Assembly: GCA_036652335.1 (NCBI GenBank) | Contig: JAVVWB010000004.1 | Coordinates: 1 to 64,000, forward strand | Direction: 5' to 3' | DNA: 64,000 nucleotides | Origin: Synergistaceae bacterium | GTDB lineage: Bacteria; Synergistota; Synergistia; Synergistales; Synergistaceae | Shown here: positions 1 through 8,565 of the stretch, in pieces | Position numbering within the stretch: the first letter of the stretch is position 1 | Layout of the letters: each line of letters opens with the position of its first letter | Translations under genes and position numbers: made by a program | The notes under the pieces: model-generated | The model's database searches: none | The model's input: only the letters and a program-made list of their open reading frames with translations | Told to the model about the DNA's origin: nothing

Positions 1-2
1 GG

Positions 3-146
3 GGCGTAGGTGTAAAGTATCAGTACACACCAGCAATCGCATTCATGCTCGCATATGATTCAGTAGATTACGGTGATCAGGGACGTACAAAGGAAGCAGC
101 TACATACGGTAAAGATAACCTCGTAATCTTCCGTACAACAGTTAAG
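3..146 (+). CDS. 3' end of a gene (5' part lies outside the window); alternating hydrophobic pattern suggests an outer-membrane beta-barrel/porin C-terminus; possible frameshift near 119-121
   Basis: Frame 3 is open from the window edge to a TAA at 144-146 (ends ...GKDNPRNLPYNS). Frame 1 from 109 encodes ...VKITLVIFRTTVKF*, which ends in Phe. A rho-independent terminator follows at about 172-203. Confidence 0.3.
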
Positions 147-171
147 TTCTAATTTAACTTAATTAACAACA

Positions 172-203
172 AAAACAGAGCCCTTTTGGGCTCTGTTTTT
201 TCT
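172..203 (+). terminator. rho-independent terminator
   Basis: Hairpin aacagagccc/gggctctgtt followed by a T-run. Confidence 0.6.
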
Positions 204-390
204 ATGTATCTCCTGTATATTTATCTAATTTAATTTTTTTATTATGTACTTTACAAGTAATTTGTATAAGCAACTTTACACATTTAGCTAACTATTATTT
301 AACACAGTTTTTTGTACAAACATATAAACTTTGGATATTTTTCTCGCAGTGAGAATTAACTATAAACAAGAAAATGAGAGGAGTTTTATA

Positions 391-1164
391 ATGAAGAAAA
401 TTGTATCTGTAATGGCACTTCTTTTGATTGCAATATTTTGTTTCTCCACTTTAGGAAGTGCAGACTCTTTTGACACAGTATTGCAACGTTGGACAAAAAG
501 TAAAAAATTCATTGACCAAGAAGATAAACTCTCGTCAGTAGAGACCTTTGCTACATATTACTCTGCCGAGTTTATTGAAGCATATATTCAAAAAGAAGCA
601 AAAAAAGCTATGTGGACACAGCAAGAAACTGAAGATTATAAGTATAATTTTTTAAAAGCTCTAAGACTCAATGAAATGATTCCTATTCACATTAAATTTA
701 TAAATAATGCTCCTACAATGTACTTAGGCCCATTTGATATATTTGTTAAATTAAAAATAGGAAACAAAACTTATAAGCCTGTAGATTACGATAAAAGATT
801 TAACTTTAAATTCCAAGGTGAAAAAGAAGGTCTAGTTTACTTCCCCCGTTATGATGCAAAAACAGGGAAAGATCTCTTAAAGGGAGTAAAAAATGTAACT
901 TTGGAATTACCTTCAAGTATAACTCCAATCTCTAATGGTAAAGAGATTAAGTTCATGTGGGATGTATATAATGATAACCCATCTAAACTTTATCAGGGTA
1001 AGTCTGCAAACAAATTTGAGACAGATAGGCTTTTACTAAGACTTGATAAGCTTAAGAAAGATAAGGCAGGTCTTGAATCACAATTAAACACCGTAAACCA
1101 AGAAATTGACGTAATACAGAAGAGACTTGATGAACTTACAGAAGTAACAGGCAGTTTATTATAG
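391..1164 (+). CDS. secreted protein of unknown function with N-terminal signal peptide and C-terminal coiled coil
   Basis: GAGAGGAG Shine-Dalgarno at 374-381. MKKIVSVMALLLIAIFCFSTLGSA has a signal-peptide character. The C-terminus carries heptad-like LxxLxxL repeats (LLLRLDKLKKDKAGLESQLNTVNQEIDVIQKRLDEL). No family recognised. Confidence 0.55.
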   Translation: MKKIVSVMALLLIAIFCFSTLGSADSFDTVLQRWTKSKKFIDQEDKLSSVETFATYYSAEFIEAYIQKEAKKAMWTQQETEDYKYNFLKALRLNEMIPIHIKFINNAPTMYLGPFDIFVKLKIGNKTYKPVDYDKRFNFKFQGEKEGLVYFPRYDAKTGKDLLKGVKNVTLELPSSITPISNGKEIKFMWDVYNDNPSKLYQGKSANKFETDRLLLRLDKLKKDKAGLESQLNTVNQEIDVIQKRLDELTEVTGSLL

Positions 1165-1599
1165 TTTAGTAAAGAATATAATAAAAAAGAGGGTCACTCA
1201 AACGTACTAATACTACGTTGATGTGGCTCTCTTTTTTACTTTATTCTTATATGTAAAAATAAATCTAATATAAAACTTTGTATAATATCCAGTTTATTTA
1301 AAAAATTCCTTCCTTTATATATAGTATCATTTTACCTTTAAATTATTTAAACGAGTGTTATATGAAAATAATAAAGAGATTTTAAATCCATATCACCTAG
1401 TAAAAATATATTATTTTATGTTGAATATCTCACTTTGTCTTTTTGATAAAGTTTCTAGATGTTTAAATTTATCTTTTTATAATATTTGTGAAAAGTTGTA
1501 GGGGAGTATGTTTTTTTATCGTAGTTTTGTGAATGAGAAAGATAAAGTAAAGGGTGAGTAGATATAAAATTTGTCAAAGAAGTATTTTTTATTATAAAG

Positions 1600-1733
1600 A
1601 AAAAGTGCTCTTTATTGGAAACCCAGAACCCCCATGGCACCCAAAAGACACCGCTTAATGCTGCTTCCTTCCGGACCTGACATGATTCGCGGGCTTTCGC
1701 CGCATGGGACTGGATTTCCAATAAAAAGCACTT
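1600..1733 (-). ncRNA. ffs: signal recognition particle RNA (small, 4.5S-type SRP RNA, ffs)
   Basis: The minus strand reads ...GGUGCC...GUCAGGUCCGGAAGGAAGCAGC..., the hallmark domain IV motif of bacterial SRP RNA. A long closing helix (aagugcuuuuuauuggaaaucc / gguuuccaauaaagagcacuuuuuc) and a U-tract at the 3' end are present. Confidence 0.75.
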
Positions 1734-1811
1734 ATAACTATGGTATTATACAGTAATATCAAAAAAAATCAACATAGTTTGCATAATATCTTCTAATGTT
1801 ATAATAACAAA

Positions 1812-1888
1812 TGGCGTGCCTGTGGGGATTCGAACCCCAGACCTTTGCCTTCGGAGGGCAATACTCTATCCAGCTGAGCTACAGGCAC
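1812..1888 (-). tRNA. tRNA-Arg (anticodon CCG)
   Basis: Cloverleaf on the minus strand: GUGCCUG acceptor stem, anticodon loop CUCCGAA, GGUUCGAAUCC T-arm, encoded CCA. Confidence 0.85.
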
Positions 1889-1938
1889 AAAGTATAGAGT
1901 CTAGAATTATATCATATTTTTAGTCGGAGAGCATATAT

Positions 1939-2385
1939 ATGGATGATTTGTTTTTTATGAAAGAAGCCCTTTTAGAAGCCCGTAGGGCTATGAAGTTGGG
2001 GGAGATACCTATTGGTGCTGTTGTCGTAAAGGATGGCATCATAGTAGGCAGGGGATACAATCAAAGAAAAATAAACAATTCCCCTTTGGATCATGCTGAG
2101 ATTATTGCTATGAAAGAAGCAGCAAGTAATATAAATAGTTGGCGACTTGACGAATGTACGATGTATGTAACATTGGAACCATGTGTAATGTGTGCAGGTG
2201 CTTCCGTTCAGTGTAGGCTGGGAAAAATTGTCTATGGTGCAAGAGACGCCAAAGCAGGTGGAGTGGGTTCTCTGTACGATATTCCCTCAGATTCTAGAAT
2301 GTATCACAGGTGCTGTGTCGTTAAGGGAGTATTAGAACGTGAATGTGCAGAACTTTTAGCAGAGTTCTTTAGGAAAAAGAGGTAA
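1939..2385 (+). CDS. tadA: tRNA-specific adenosine deaminase TadA
   Basis: Cytidine/deoxycytidylate deaminase zinc motifs HAEIIAM and PCVMCAGA; 148 aa. Confidence 0.9.
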   Translation: MDDLFFMKEALLEARRAMKLGEIPIGAVVVKDGIIVGRGYNQRKINNSPLDHAEIIAMKEAASNINSWRLDECTMYVTLEPCVMCAGASVQCRLGKIVYGARDAKAGGVGSLYDIPSDSRMYHRCCVVKGVLERECAELLAEFFRKKR

Positions 2386-2421
2386 TTTTCTCTCATTTAT
2401 TTTTGACACTTTAAGTGCAAT

Positions 2422-2450
2422 ACGATATAATCTCTTGCGGTACTAATTCT
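2422..2450 (+). promoter_or_regulatory. sigma-70-type promoter for the tRNA-Ser pair
   Basis: TTGACA, 17-bp spacer, TATAAT, about 10 bp upstream of tRNA-Ser. Confidence 0.55.
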
Positions 2451-2459
2451 ACTCCTCAT

Positions 2460-2552
2460 GGAGGGGTGGCCGAGAGGTCGAAGGCGGGCGACTCGAAATC
2501 GTCTTGGCGGTGCTGAGCTGTCACGTGGGTTCAAATCCCACTCCCTCCGCCA
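2460..2552 (+). tRNA. tRNA-Ser (anticodon CGA)
   Basis: GGAGGGG acceptor stem, anticodon loop CUCGAAA, long variable arm, GGUUCAAAUCC T-arm, encoded CCA. Confidence 0.9.
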
Positions 2553-2587
2553 TTTTACCAATAAAATTTAATATCTTTTCTTTATGC

Positions 2588-2676
2588 GGAGAGTTGTCCG
2601 AGTGGTCTATGGTGAACGGTTGGAAGCCGTTTGCGGTGTTGAGCCGCCAGAGGTTCAAATCCTCTACTCTCCGCCA
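2588..2676 (+). tRNA. tRNA-Ser (anticodon GGA)
   Basis: GGAGAGU acceptor stem, anticodon loop UUGGAAG, long variable arm, GGUUCAAAUCC T-arm, encoded CCA. Confidence 0.9.
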
Positions 2677-2762
2677 ATTTTTTTCACTTCATTTCAACCT
2701 TGTTCAGAATAACACACAAACTAGGCTATTACTCACAAAACCCCACTTTTATTTTATTTGAC

Positions 2763-2937
2763 TGTTCACTATTGTTCACATTATAATAGTTCAAACCACG
2801 TGCAAACCGTACAACAAACCGTACAACGTTTTTGTTTTGGTGTCTTTGAGATATAAAAAAGCACCGTACAACACCGTACAACGAAGTGTATTGTTTTTGA
2901 CTTAGCATTGCAATTGCTTGTTTATGCACCGTACAAC
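2763..2937 (+). repeat. array of short direct repeats: 2x TGTTCAC and 5x ACCGTACAAC, between the tRNA genes and the Abi gene
   Basis: TGTTCAC at 2763-2769 and 2773-2779. ACCGTACAAC at 2806-2815, 2818-2827, 2863-2872, 2873-2882 and 2928-2937, the first four as two adjacent pairs. Confidence 0.7.
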
Positions 2938-3070
2938 GCGCGTACTCGCTTTTTACCATGGTAGGGTGCTTATATGTCAAATATTTTCGTTTTAAAGTTT
3001 GTTAATAGGAGTTTTGTTTAAAAAGCTATATATATAGCTTTTTGATTCCTATTTGAATATTGTAAAATGT

Positions 3071-3832
3071 TTAATAAATTCCATGCTTTTTTAAATCGTT
3101 AAAGATAGAGTCAATTCTCTGATTGTAAAGTTCTTGATAGTTAAAAAAATGATTGTTTGAGTATGTTTCATGGCTACTAGGTGAAACCCAACTAATTAGT
3201 TTAAGTAATCGATTGTGTTTTTCTAAAAATAAGGTATGTAATGTATTTAAAGATTGTGTGTTGTCAAATCCTATTCCTTCGTGATGAAAAATTCTGTTAC
3301 GTAATTTTTTAGCCCAGTTAATTTCGTTTAATATTTCTCCTTTTGTCTTTTTTGTATTAGGAAATAATTTATTTTTTATTGGAGTCCAAAAAAATAAAGG
3401 GTCATTATTATTACTTCGTTCACCAAGAATTGAGTACCAAACCCCAAAAGATAAACGGGAAACAATATCACCGGGAATAATAGGTCTTGTTAGGATTTTT
3501 CTGTTTGCGTCTTTTACAGCCTCAGAAATTTTATTCATTGTTTCTTGATTTTTAGGCATCCATAAATACCACTGACAAGGATTATTGTCTTGAAGAAGAG
3601 ATTTACTTTTTTGTATATAAAAATCACTTAATAAGTTATAGATTTTATTTCGCAGACAAATTTCTAAAACATTCAAGGTTGAATAAATTAGAGAAGTTGC
3701 AGACTGAACAGCATAGTATATTATGACTAAATTTTCATTTGATTTGTTTGATAAGAAATATTTGTGTTTTTCTAGTTTTTCACGGGAAATATTATTAAGG
3801 GATTCTGTAATTTTTAGTTCTTTATCAGTCAT
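3071..3832 (-). CDS. abortive-infection protein, Abi_2 (AbiD/AbiF-like) family, HEPN-type (putative RNase)
   Basis: The ~250-aa product contains RNRIFHHE (an Rx4H HEPN-like motif) in the C-terminal half. Overall composition and length resemble lactococcal AbiD/AbiF. AAGGTGA Shine-Dalgarno precedes the ATG at 3830-3832. A GTG at 3844 is an alternative start. Confidence 0.7.
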   Translation of the reverse strand: MTDKELKITESLNNISREKLEKHKYFLSNKSNENLVIIYYAVQSATSLIYSTLNVLEICLRNKIYNLLSDFYIQKSKSLLQDNNPCQWYLWMPKNQETMNKISEAVKDANRKILTRPIIPGDIVSRLSFGVWYSILGERSNNNDPLFFWTPIKNKLFPNTKKTKGEILNEINWAKKLRNRIFHHEGIGFDNTQSLNTLHTLFLEKHNRLLKLISWVSPSSHETYSNNHFFNYQELYNQRIDSIFNDLKKHGIY

Positions 3833-3978
3833 TTTTTGTGTCACCTTTCAACCTTTTTACGTTGTATTTTATGTGTTTTTAGGTATTATATGCTTTACAA
3901 ATCATTTCTTTTTTTTGTATACTTTCAGTGTTAGACCTCGGGATGGCTGTCAGTAATGATAAAATGCCGAGTGTTCGA

Positions 3979-4016
3979 AGAGTATCCGCCGACCTTTTTA
4001 GGTTGGCGGTTTTTTT
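3979..4016 (+). terminator. rho-independent terminator on the + strand, upstream of and antisense to the Abi gene 5' region
   Basis: ccgccgacc ... ggttggcgg hairpin followed by TTTTTTTG. Confidence 0.5.
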
Positions 4017-4375
4017 GTTTAATCTCGTGTTCACTTAGAAATCACTTGTTATAGTATATTATGCCGTTTGGTATAGTCGTTGCAATAAACAATTTTATTT
4101 ATTCTTTTTAATAATTAAGATTTATTTAATAGCTTTATCTTTCAATAAAATTACTGTAGATATGTATTCACTACGAAATACGACAAAACTCTCCGCCATT
4201 TTTATACCCTTTGACTTTTCAAAAAAATATCTCAAAAAACTATTGTATTTATTTATATATGTATGCTATACTTGGGAGCGGTGTATAACACACACAAATG
4301 TGGATTGTAAAATTGTTGCCAAAATGGTGTTTTTACAAGAAGAAGCATTTGGAGGAAAAAACAGGAGGGATTCAC

Positions 4376-5203
4376 ATGGGAGTAGTAAGTATGAAACAGC
4401 TTCTTGAATGTGGTGTTCACTTTGGACATCAGACAAGACGTTGGAACCCGAAGATGAAACCATTCATCTTCACAGAACGTAACGGCATTTACATCATCGA
4501 TCTTCAGAAGACAGTCAAAGGACTTGAAAAAGCTTATGACTTTGTCCGTGAAGTATCAAAATCAGGCGGAAATATCCTTTTCGTAGGTACAAAACGCCAG
4601 GCACAGGATCCTATTCGTGACGAAGCTCTTAGAGCAGGTCAGTTCTTCATTAATCAACGTTGGCTTGGTGGACTTCTCACAAACTTTGCTACAATTCGCC
4701 GTCGTGTAATGCGTATGGTCGAACTCCAGACAATGGAAGCAGATGGATCAATCAATAAGTACCCCAAGAAAGAAGTCATTCTTCTCCGTAAAGACCGTGA
4801 AAAGCTCGAAAAGAACCTTTCTGGTATTAAGGATATGAAGAATATTCCTGATGCTCTCTTTATTATTGACCCACGTCGTGAGGATATTGCAATCCTTGAA
4901 GCACGTAAGCTCAATATCCCTATTATTGCTATTGTTGACACAAACTGCGATCCTGATTTTATCGACTTCCCAATCCCGGGTAACGATGATGCAATCCGTG
5001 CAATTGAGCTCGTAGTAAGCCTTATGGCTGATGCCTTTATTGAAGGTCGTCAGGGACAGGATTCTAAAGTTGCAGTAGAAACAGAAGAAGTTGCAACAGA
5101 AGAAGTTGTCGTATCAGAAGCTGTTGAAGTTGTTGCCGAAGAAAGCGACAAGAAGACAGTAAAGACAATGGAAGAGCAGAAGGGCTGGAAGGAGAGTAAA
5201 TAG
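4376..5203 (+). CDS. rpsB: 30S ribosomal protein S2 (with acidic C-terminal extension)
   Basis: [27 protein letters not shown]; AGGAGGGA Shine-Dalgarno 6 nt upstream. Confidence 0.95.
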   Translation: MGVVSMKQLLECGVHFGHQTRRWNPKMKPFIFTERNGIYIIDLQKTVKGLEKAYDFVREVSKSGGNILFVGTKRQAQDPIRDEALRAGQFFINQRWLGGLLTNFATIRRRVMRMVELQTMEADGSINKYPKKEVILLRKDREKLEKNLSGIKDMKNIPDALFIIDPRREDIAILEARKLNIPIIAIVDTNCDPDFIDFPIPGNDDAIRAIELVVSLMADAFIEGRQGQDSKVAVETEEVATEEVVVSEAVEVVAEESDKKTVKTMEEQKGWKESK

Positions 5204-5204
5204 T

Positions 5205-5801
5205 ATGGCAGAAATTACAGCAGCACTTGTATCAGAACTTCGCGCACGTACATCAGTAGGTATGATGGATTGCAAAAAAGCACTCGTTTCATGTGAAGGT
5301 GATATTGAAAAGGCAGTTGACTTTCTTCGTGAAAAGGGACTTGCTAAAGCAGCAAAGAAAGCCGATCGTAATGCTGCTCAGGGCATGATTTTCTCATACA
5401 TACACAACAATGCAAAGCTTGGAGTCCTAGTAGAGCTTAATTGCGAAACAGACTTCGTTGCACGTACAGAAGAATTCCAGAAACTTGGACACGAAATTGC
5501 AATGCATATAGCAGCAGCAAACCCCACATATATTAAACCAGAAGATGTCCCTGCTGATGTAATTGCACACGAGACAGAAGTTATTAAGGCTCAGGCTCTT
5601 GAAGAAGGTAAGCCAGAGAAGATGCTTGATAAAATCGCAGAAGGTCGTATTAACAAATTCTACGAGGAAAACTGCTTGCTCGAACAGAAATATATTCGTG
5701 ACCCAGAAGTAAAGATTAAAGACCTTCTAATCGAAGGAATTGCAAAAATTGGTGAAAACATGCAGATTCGCCGTTTTGCACGTTTCATAATAGAAGCTTA
5801 G
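5205..5801 (+). CDS. tsf: elongation factor Ts
   Basis: EF-Ts N-terminal UBA-like region TAALVSELRARTSVGMMDCKKAL. Confidence 0.95.
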   Translation: MAEITAALVSELRARTSVGMMDCKKALVSCEGDIEKAVDFLREKGLAKAAKKADRNAAQGMIFSYIHNNAKLGVLVELNCETDFVARTEEFQKLGHEIAMHIAAANPTYIKPEDVPADVIAHETEVIKAQALEEGKPEKMLDKIAEGRINKFYEENCLLEQKYIRDPEVKIKDLLIEGIAKIGENMQIRRFARFIIEA

Positions 5802-5810
5802 TTATGTTTT

Positions 5811-5840
5811 TTAACGAGGGACTCGTTCCCTCGTTTTTTT
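5811..5840 (+). terminator. rho-independent terminator after tsf
   Basis: aacgagggactcgttccctcgtt hairpin followed by a T-run. Confidence 0.7.
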
Positions 5841-5874
5841 TTAAATTTTTATTCTTGGAGAGGAGTTTTTTGCT

Positions 5875-6585
5875 ATGGAGCGTAAGTATAACAGAGTCTT
5901 GCTTAAACTTTCTGGAGAAATTCTTGCTGGTGATGCACACTTTGGACTTGATTATGATGCAATTAACGGTATCTGTGAACAAATTGTTGATGTCGCAAAG
6001 GAAGGTATTTCAATTACAATGGTTGTGGGTGGAGGTAATATTATTAGAGGTGCCCAAACTATAAGGATAGAAAGAGCTCAGGCGGACTATATGGGTATGT
6101 TGGGTACTGTTATTAACGCTCTTGCTCTTCAAGATAGTCTTGAAAGGTTGGGTCAACCTACTAGAGTCCAATCCGCTATAGAGATGAGACAGGTTGCAGA
6201 GACGGTAATTAGACGTAGAGCAATTCGTCATCTTGAAAAGGGTAGAATTGTAATTTTTGCGGCAGGAACAGGTTCTCCGTATTTCTCAACAGATACAACT
6301 GCGGCGTTAAGAGCTTCCGAAGTCGGTGCTGATTGTGTAATTAAAGCAACGAAAGTTGATGGCATATACGATAAGGACCCAGCAAAGTATCCTGATGCAA
6401 AGAGATTGCCAAAGATTTCCTATATGGATGCAATTAGACAGCAGTTGGGTGTTATGGATGCGGCAGCCTTTTCTCTCTGCCAAGAGAACAACATTCCCAT
6501 TGTAGTTTTTGATGTGCTTAAAAAAGGTAATTTACGCAAACTTTTAATTGAAAATCAAGATATTGGATCAGTCGTTTCTAATTAA
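5875..6585 (+). CDS. pyrH: UMP kinase
   Basis: Typical PyrH sequence YNRVLLKLSGE...VVGGGNI. Confidence 0.95.
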   Translation: MERKYNRVLLKLSGEILAGDAHFGLDYDAINGICEQIVDVAKEGISITMVVGGGNIIRGAQTIRIERAQADYMGMLGTVINALALQDSLERLGQPTRVQSAIEMRQVAETVIRRRAIRHLEKGRIVIFAAGTGSPYFSTDTTAALRASEVGADCVIKATKVDGIYDKDPAKYPDAKRLPKISYMDAIRQQLGVMDAAAFSLCQENNIPIVVFDVLKKGNLRKLLIENQDIGSVVSN

Positions 6586-6656
6586 CTATTTTTTTTCCAA
6601 ATATCTGCTATTATATATAAAGTTATAACAAATAATATTATTAAGGAGTGATCTGC

Positions 6657-7214
6657 GTGCCTCAGAATTTACTAAATGAACAAAAGACCCGCAGTGAAAA
6701 GTCTCTAGAGCATTTAAAGGGGACTTTACAGGGGATTAGAACAGGAAGAGCTCATCCAGCATTGATTGAGGATATTAAGGTTGATTATTTTGGAACACCG
6801 ACACCTATTAAGAATATGGGTACAGTGTCTATCCCAGAAGCAAGGCAGCTACTTATTACACCATGGGATAAGACGGCATTACATGCAATAGAGAAGGCAA
6901 TTCTTGCATCACCTCTTGGTGTTACACCTCAGAATGACGGTGAATCTGTGCGACTCAATCTTCCTGAACTTACGCAACAGCGTCGTATTGATTTATCAAA
7001 GATAGTAAATAAAGATGCTGAAGAAGCACGTATTTCTGTCCGTAATATTCGTAGAGATGTAATTGAAGCTTTTAAAAAGCTTGAAAAAGATAGTAAAATT
7101 ACAGAAGATGAATTAAAAAAATATCAAAAAGATGTACAGGATAGTACTGACGTTTACATCAAGAAGATAGATTTAATGGCTTCAGAGAAAGAAAAAGAAA
7201 TTTTAGAAAAGTAA
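6657..7214 (+). CDS. frr: ribosome recycling factor
   Basis: LQGIRTGRAHPALIEDIKVDYFGTPTPIKNMGTVSIPEARQLLITPWDK. A GTG start 8 nt after AAGGAG is preferred over the ORF-track start at 6648. Confidence 0.9.
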   Translation: MPQNLLNEQKTRSEKSLEHLKGTLQGIRTGRAHPALIEDIKVDYFGTPTPIKNMGTVSIPEARQLLITPWDKTALHAIEKAILASPLGVTPQNDGESVRLNLPELTQQRRIDLSKIVNKDAEEARISVRNIRRDVIEAFKKLEKDSKITEDELKKYQKDVQDSTDVYIKKIDLMASEKEKEILEK

Positions 7215-7307
7215 TTTTATTTAATGTGTTGAAAAAGAGATGTGTTTGATTTATTCAAATACATCTCTTTTTTTAGACAAAAATTTTATAGAGTGTAAAA
7301 TATAGCT

Positions 7308-8549
7308 ATGAAAGAAAAAGATTTTTTACTCATAGTTAAAGAAAATAATGCCCATGCGTATCTTGTCGGAGGAGCTGTTAGAGACAAGATTATTGGTGTT
7401 GCGGCTAATGATAAAGATTATGTTATTACAGGTTTTACAGAAGAAAAGCTTTTAAATATTTTCCCAAAAGCCCGTAAAATAGGTAGTTCTTTCCCTGTTT
7501 ATTTGTTAAAGCTTGACGGTATTTTCTGCGAGATTTCTCTTGCACGAAAGGAAGTAAAAAACGGAGAAGGTTATCGTGGTTTTGATGTCGTTTTTACGCC
7601 AGATATTTTAATTGAAGAAGACCTGTATAGACGTGACTTAACTATGAATGCTATAGCTTTTGACCCTTTAGTAGATTTATTTATTGACCCTTATGGTGGT
7701 ATTGATGATATTAGGAAAAAAATATTAAAAGCAGTTTCTGAACATTTTGTGGAAGATCCTGTTAGAGCTCTTAGAGCTGCTCGTCAGTCAGCACAGTTTG
7801 ATTTTGTGATAGATGAACTCACTGTTTCTTTTATGAAAAAGTGTAAGGATGAGTTGCTTTTAGAACCAAAAGAACGAATTCTTACAGAGCTTAGTAAAGC
7901 GCTTTCAACAAAAAAACCATCAATTTTCTTTAAAAATATGAATGATGCCTCTTTACTTGAATATATTTTCCCGTGGTTATTTAATTTAATAGGTAAAAGT
8001 CAACCAGTGAAATATCACCCAGAGGGTGATGCTTATAAACATACTATGCTTGTACTTGATAGAGTATCTTCTGATACTTCTAGTTTAGAAGCTAGATTTG
8101 CGGCTTTGATGCATGATATTGGCAAGGGAGTGACCCCTTCATCTATCTTGCCACATCATTATGGCCACGATGTCAGAGGGTTGAAAGTATTAGATGAAAT
8201 TCGAGACACTCTTAAAATTTCAAATCTTTGGTACTACTCTGCTAAGTTTGTTATAAAAGAACATATGAGAGCCAATAGATTAGTTAAACTATCAAAGATT
8301 GTTGACTTGCTTATCAAAATTAAGAAAAGTCCTCTTGAAGTTAAGGATTTTATTTCTATTGTTAGTGCTGATAATAATGGAAAACTCGTTAATTATCTAA
8401 AAAATTATGATGAATATTTTTCTGTTATTAGTGATATAGTGGTAGAATGTGTCCCGGATAATTTAAAGGGAAAAGAAGTAGGGGAGTGGCTTTTTAGAAA
8501 GAAAGTTGCTGCTTTTACAAATTATTTAGAAAAAAAGAGAGGGGATTAG
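7308..8549 (+). CDS. cca: CCA-adding tRNA nucleotidyltransferase with HD domain
   Basis: PolyA-polymerase head motif GGAVRD...DKDYVI and HD motif HPEGDAYKHT...MHDIGK. Confidence 0.85.
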   Translation: MKEKDFLLIVKENNAHAYLVGGAVRDKIIGVAANDKDYVITGFTEEKLLNIFPKARKIGSSFPVYLLKLDGIFCEISLARKEVKNGEGYRGFDVVFTPDILIEEDLYRRDLTMNAIAFDPLVDLFIDPYGGIDDIRKKILKAVSEHFVEDPVRALRAARQSAQFDFVIDELTVSFMKKCKDELLLEPKERILTELSKALSTKKPSIFFKNMNDASLLEYIFPWLFNLIGKSQPVKYHPEGDAYKHTMLVLDRVSSDTSSLEARFAALMHDIGKGVTPSSILPHHYGHDVRGLKVLDEIRDTLKISNLWYYSAKFVIKEHMRANRLVKLSKIVDLLIKIKKSPLEVKDFISIVSADNNGKLVNYLKNYDEYFSVISDIVVECVPDNLKGKEVGEWLFRKKVAAFTNYLEKKRGD

Positions 8550-8565
8550 CCCCTCTCTTTTTTAT

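Noticed and set aside
1455-1721. 88-aa ORF on the minus strand
   Set aside because: Overlaps the SRP RNA gene and an AT-rich spacer; no Shine-Dalgarno; the RNA call explains the conservation.
2806-2937. Possible CRISPR array
   Set aside because: Repeat unit is only 10 bp, spacers are irregular (0-45 bp), and there are no cas genes.
2504-2980. ORFs 2504-2761 (+) and 2729-2980 (-)
   Set aside because: They run through the tRNA-Ser genes and the ACCGTACAAC repeat array; the VVRFVVRF translation is a repeat artefact.
4654-4941. 95-aa minus-strand ORF within rpsB
   Set aside because: Antisense to a ribosomal protein gene; Arg/Ser-rich shadow ORF.
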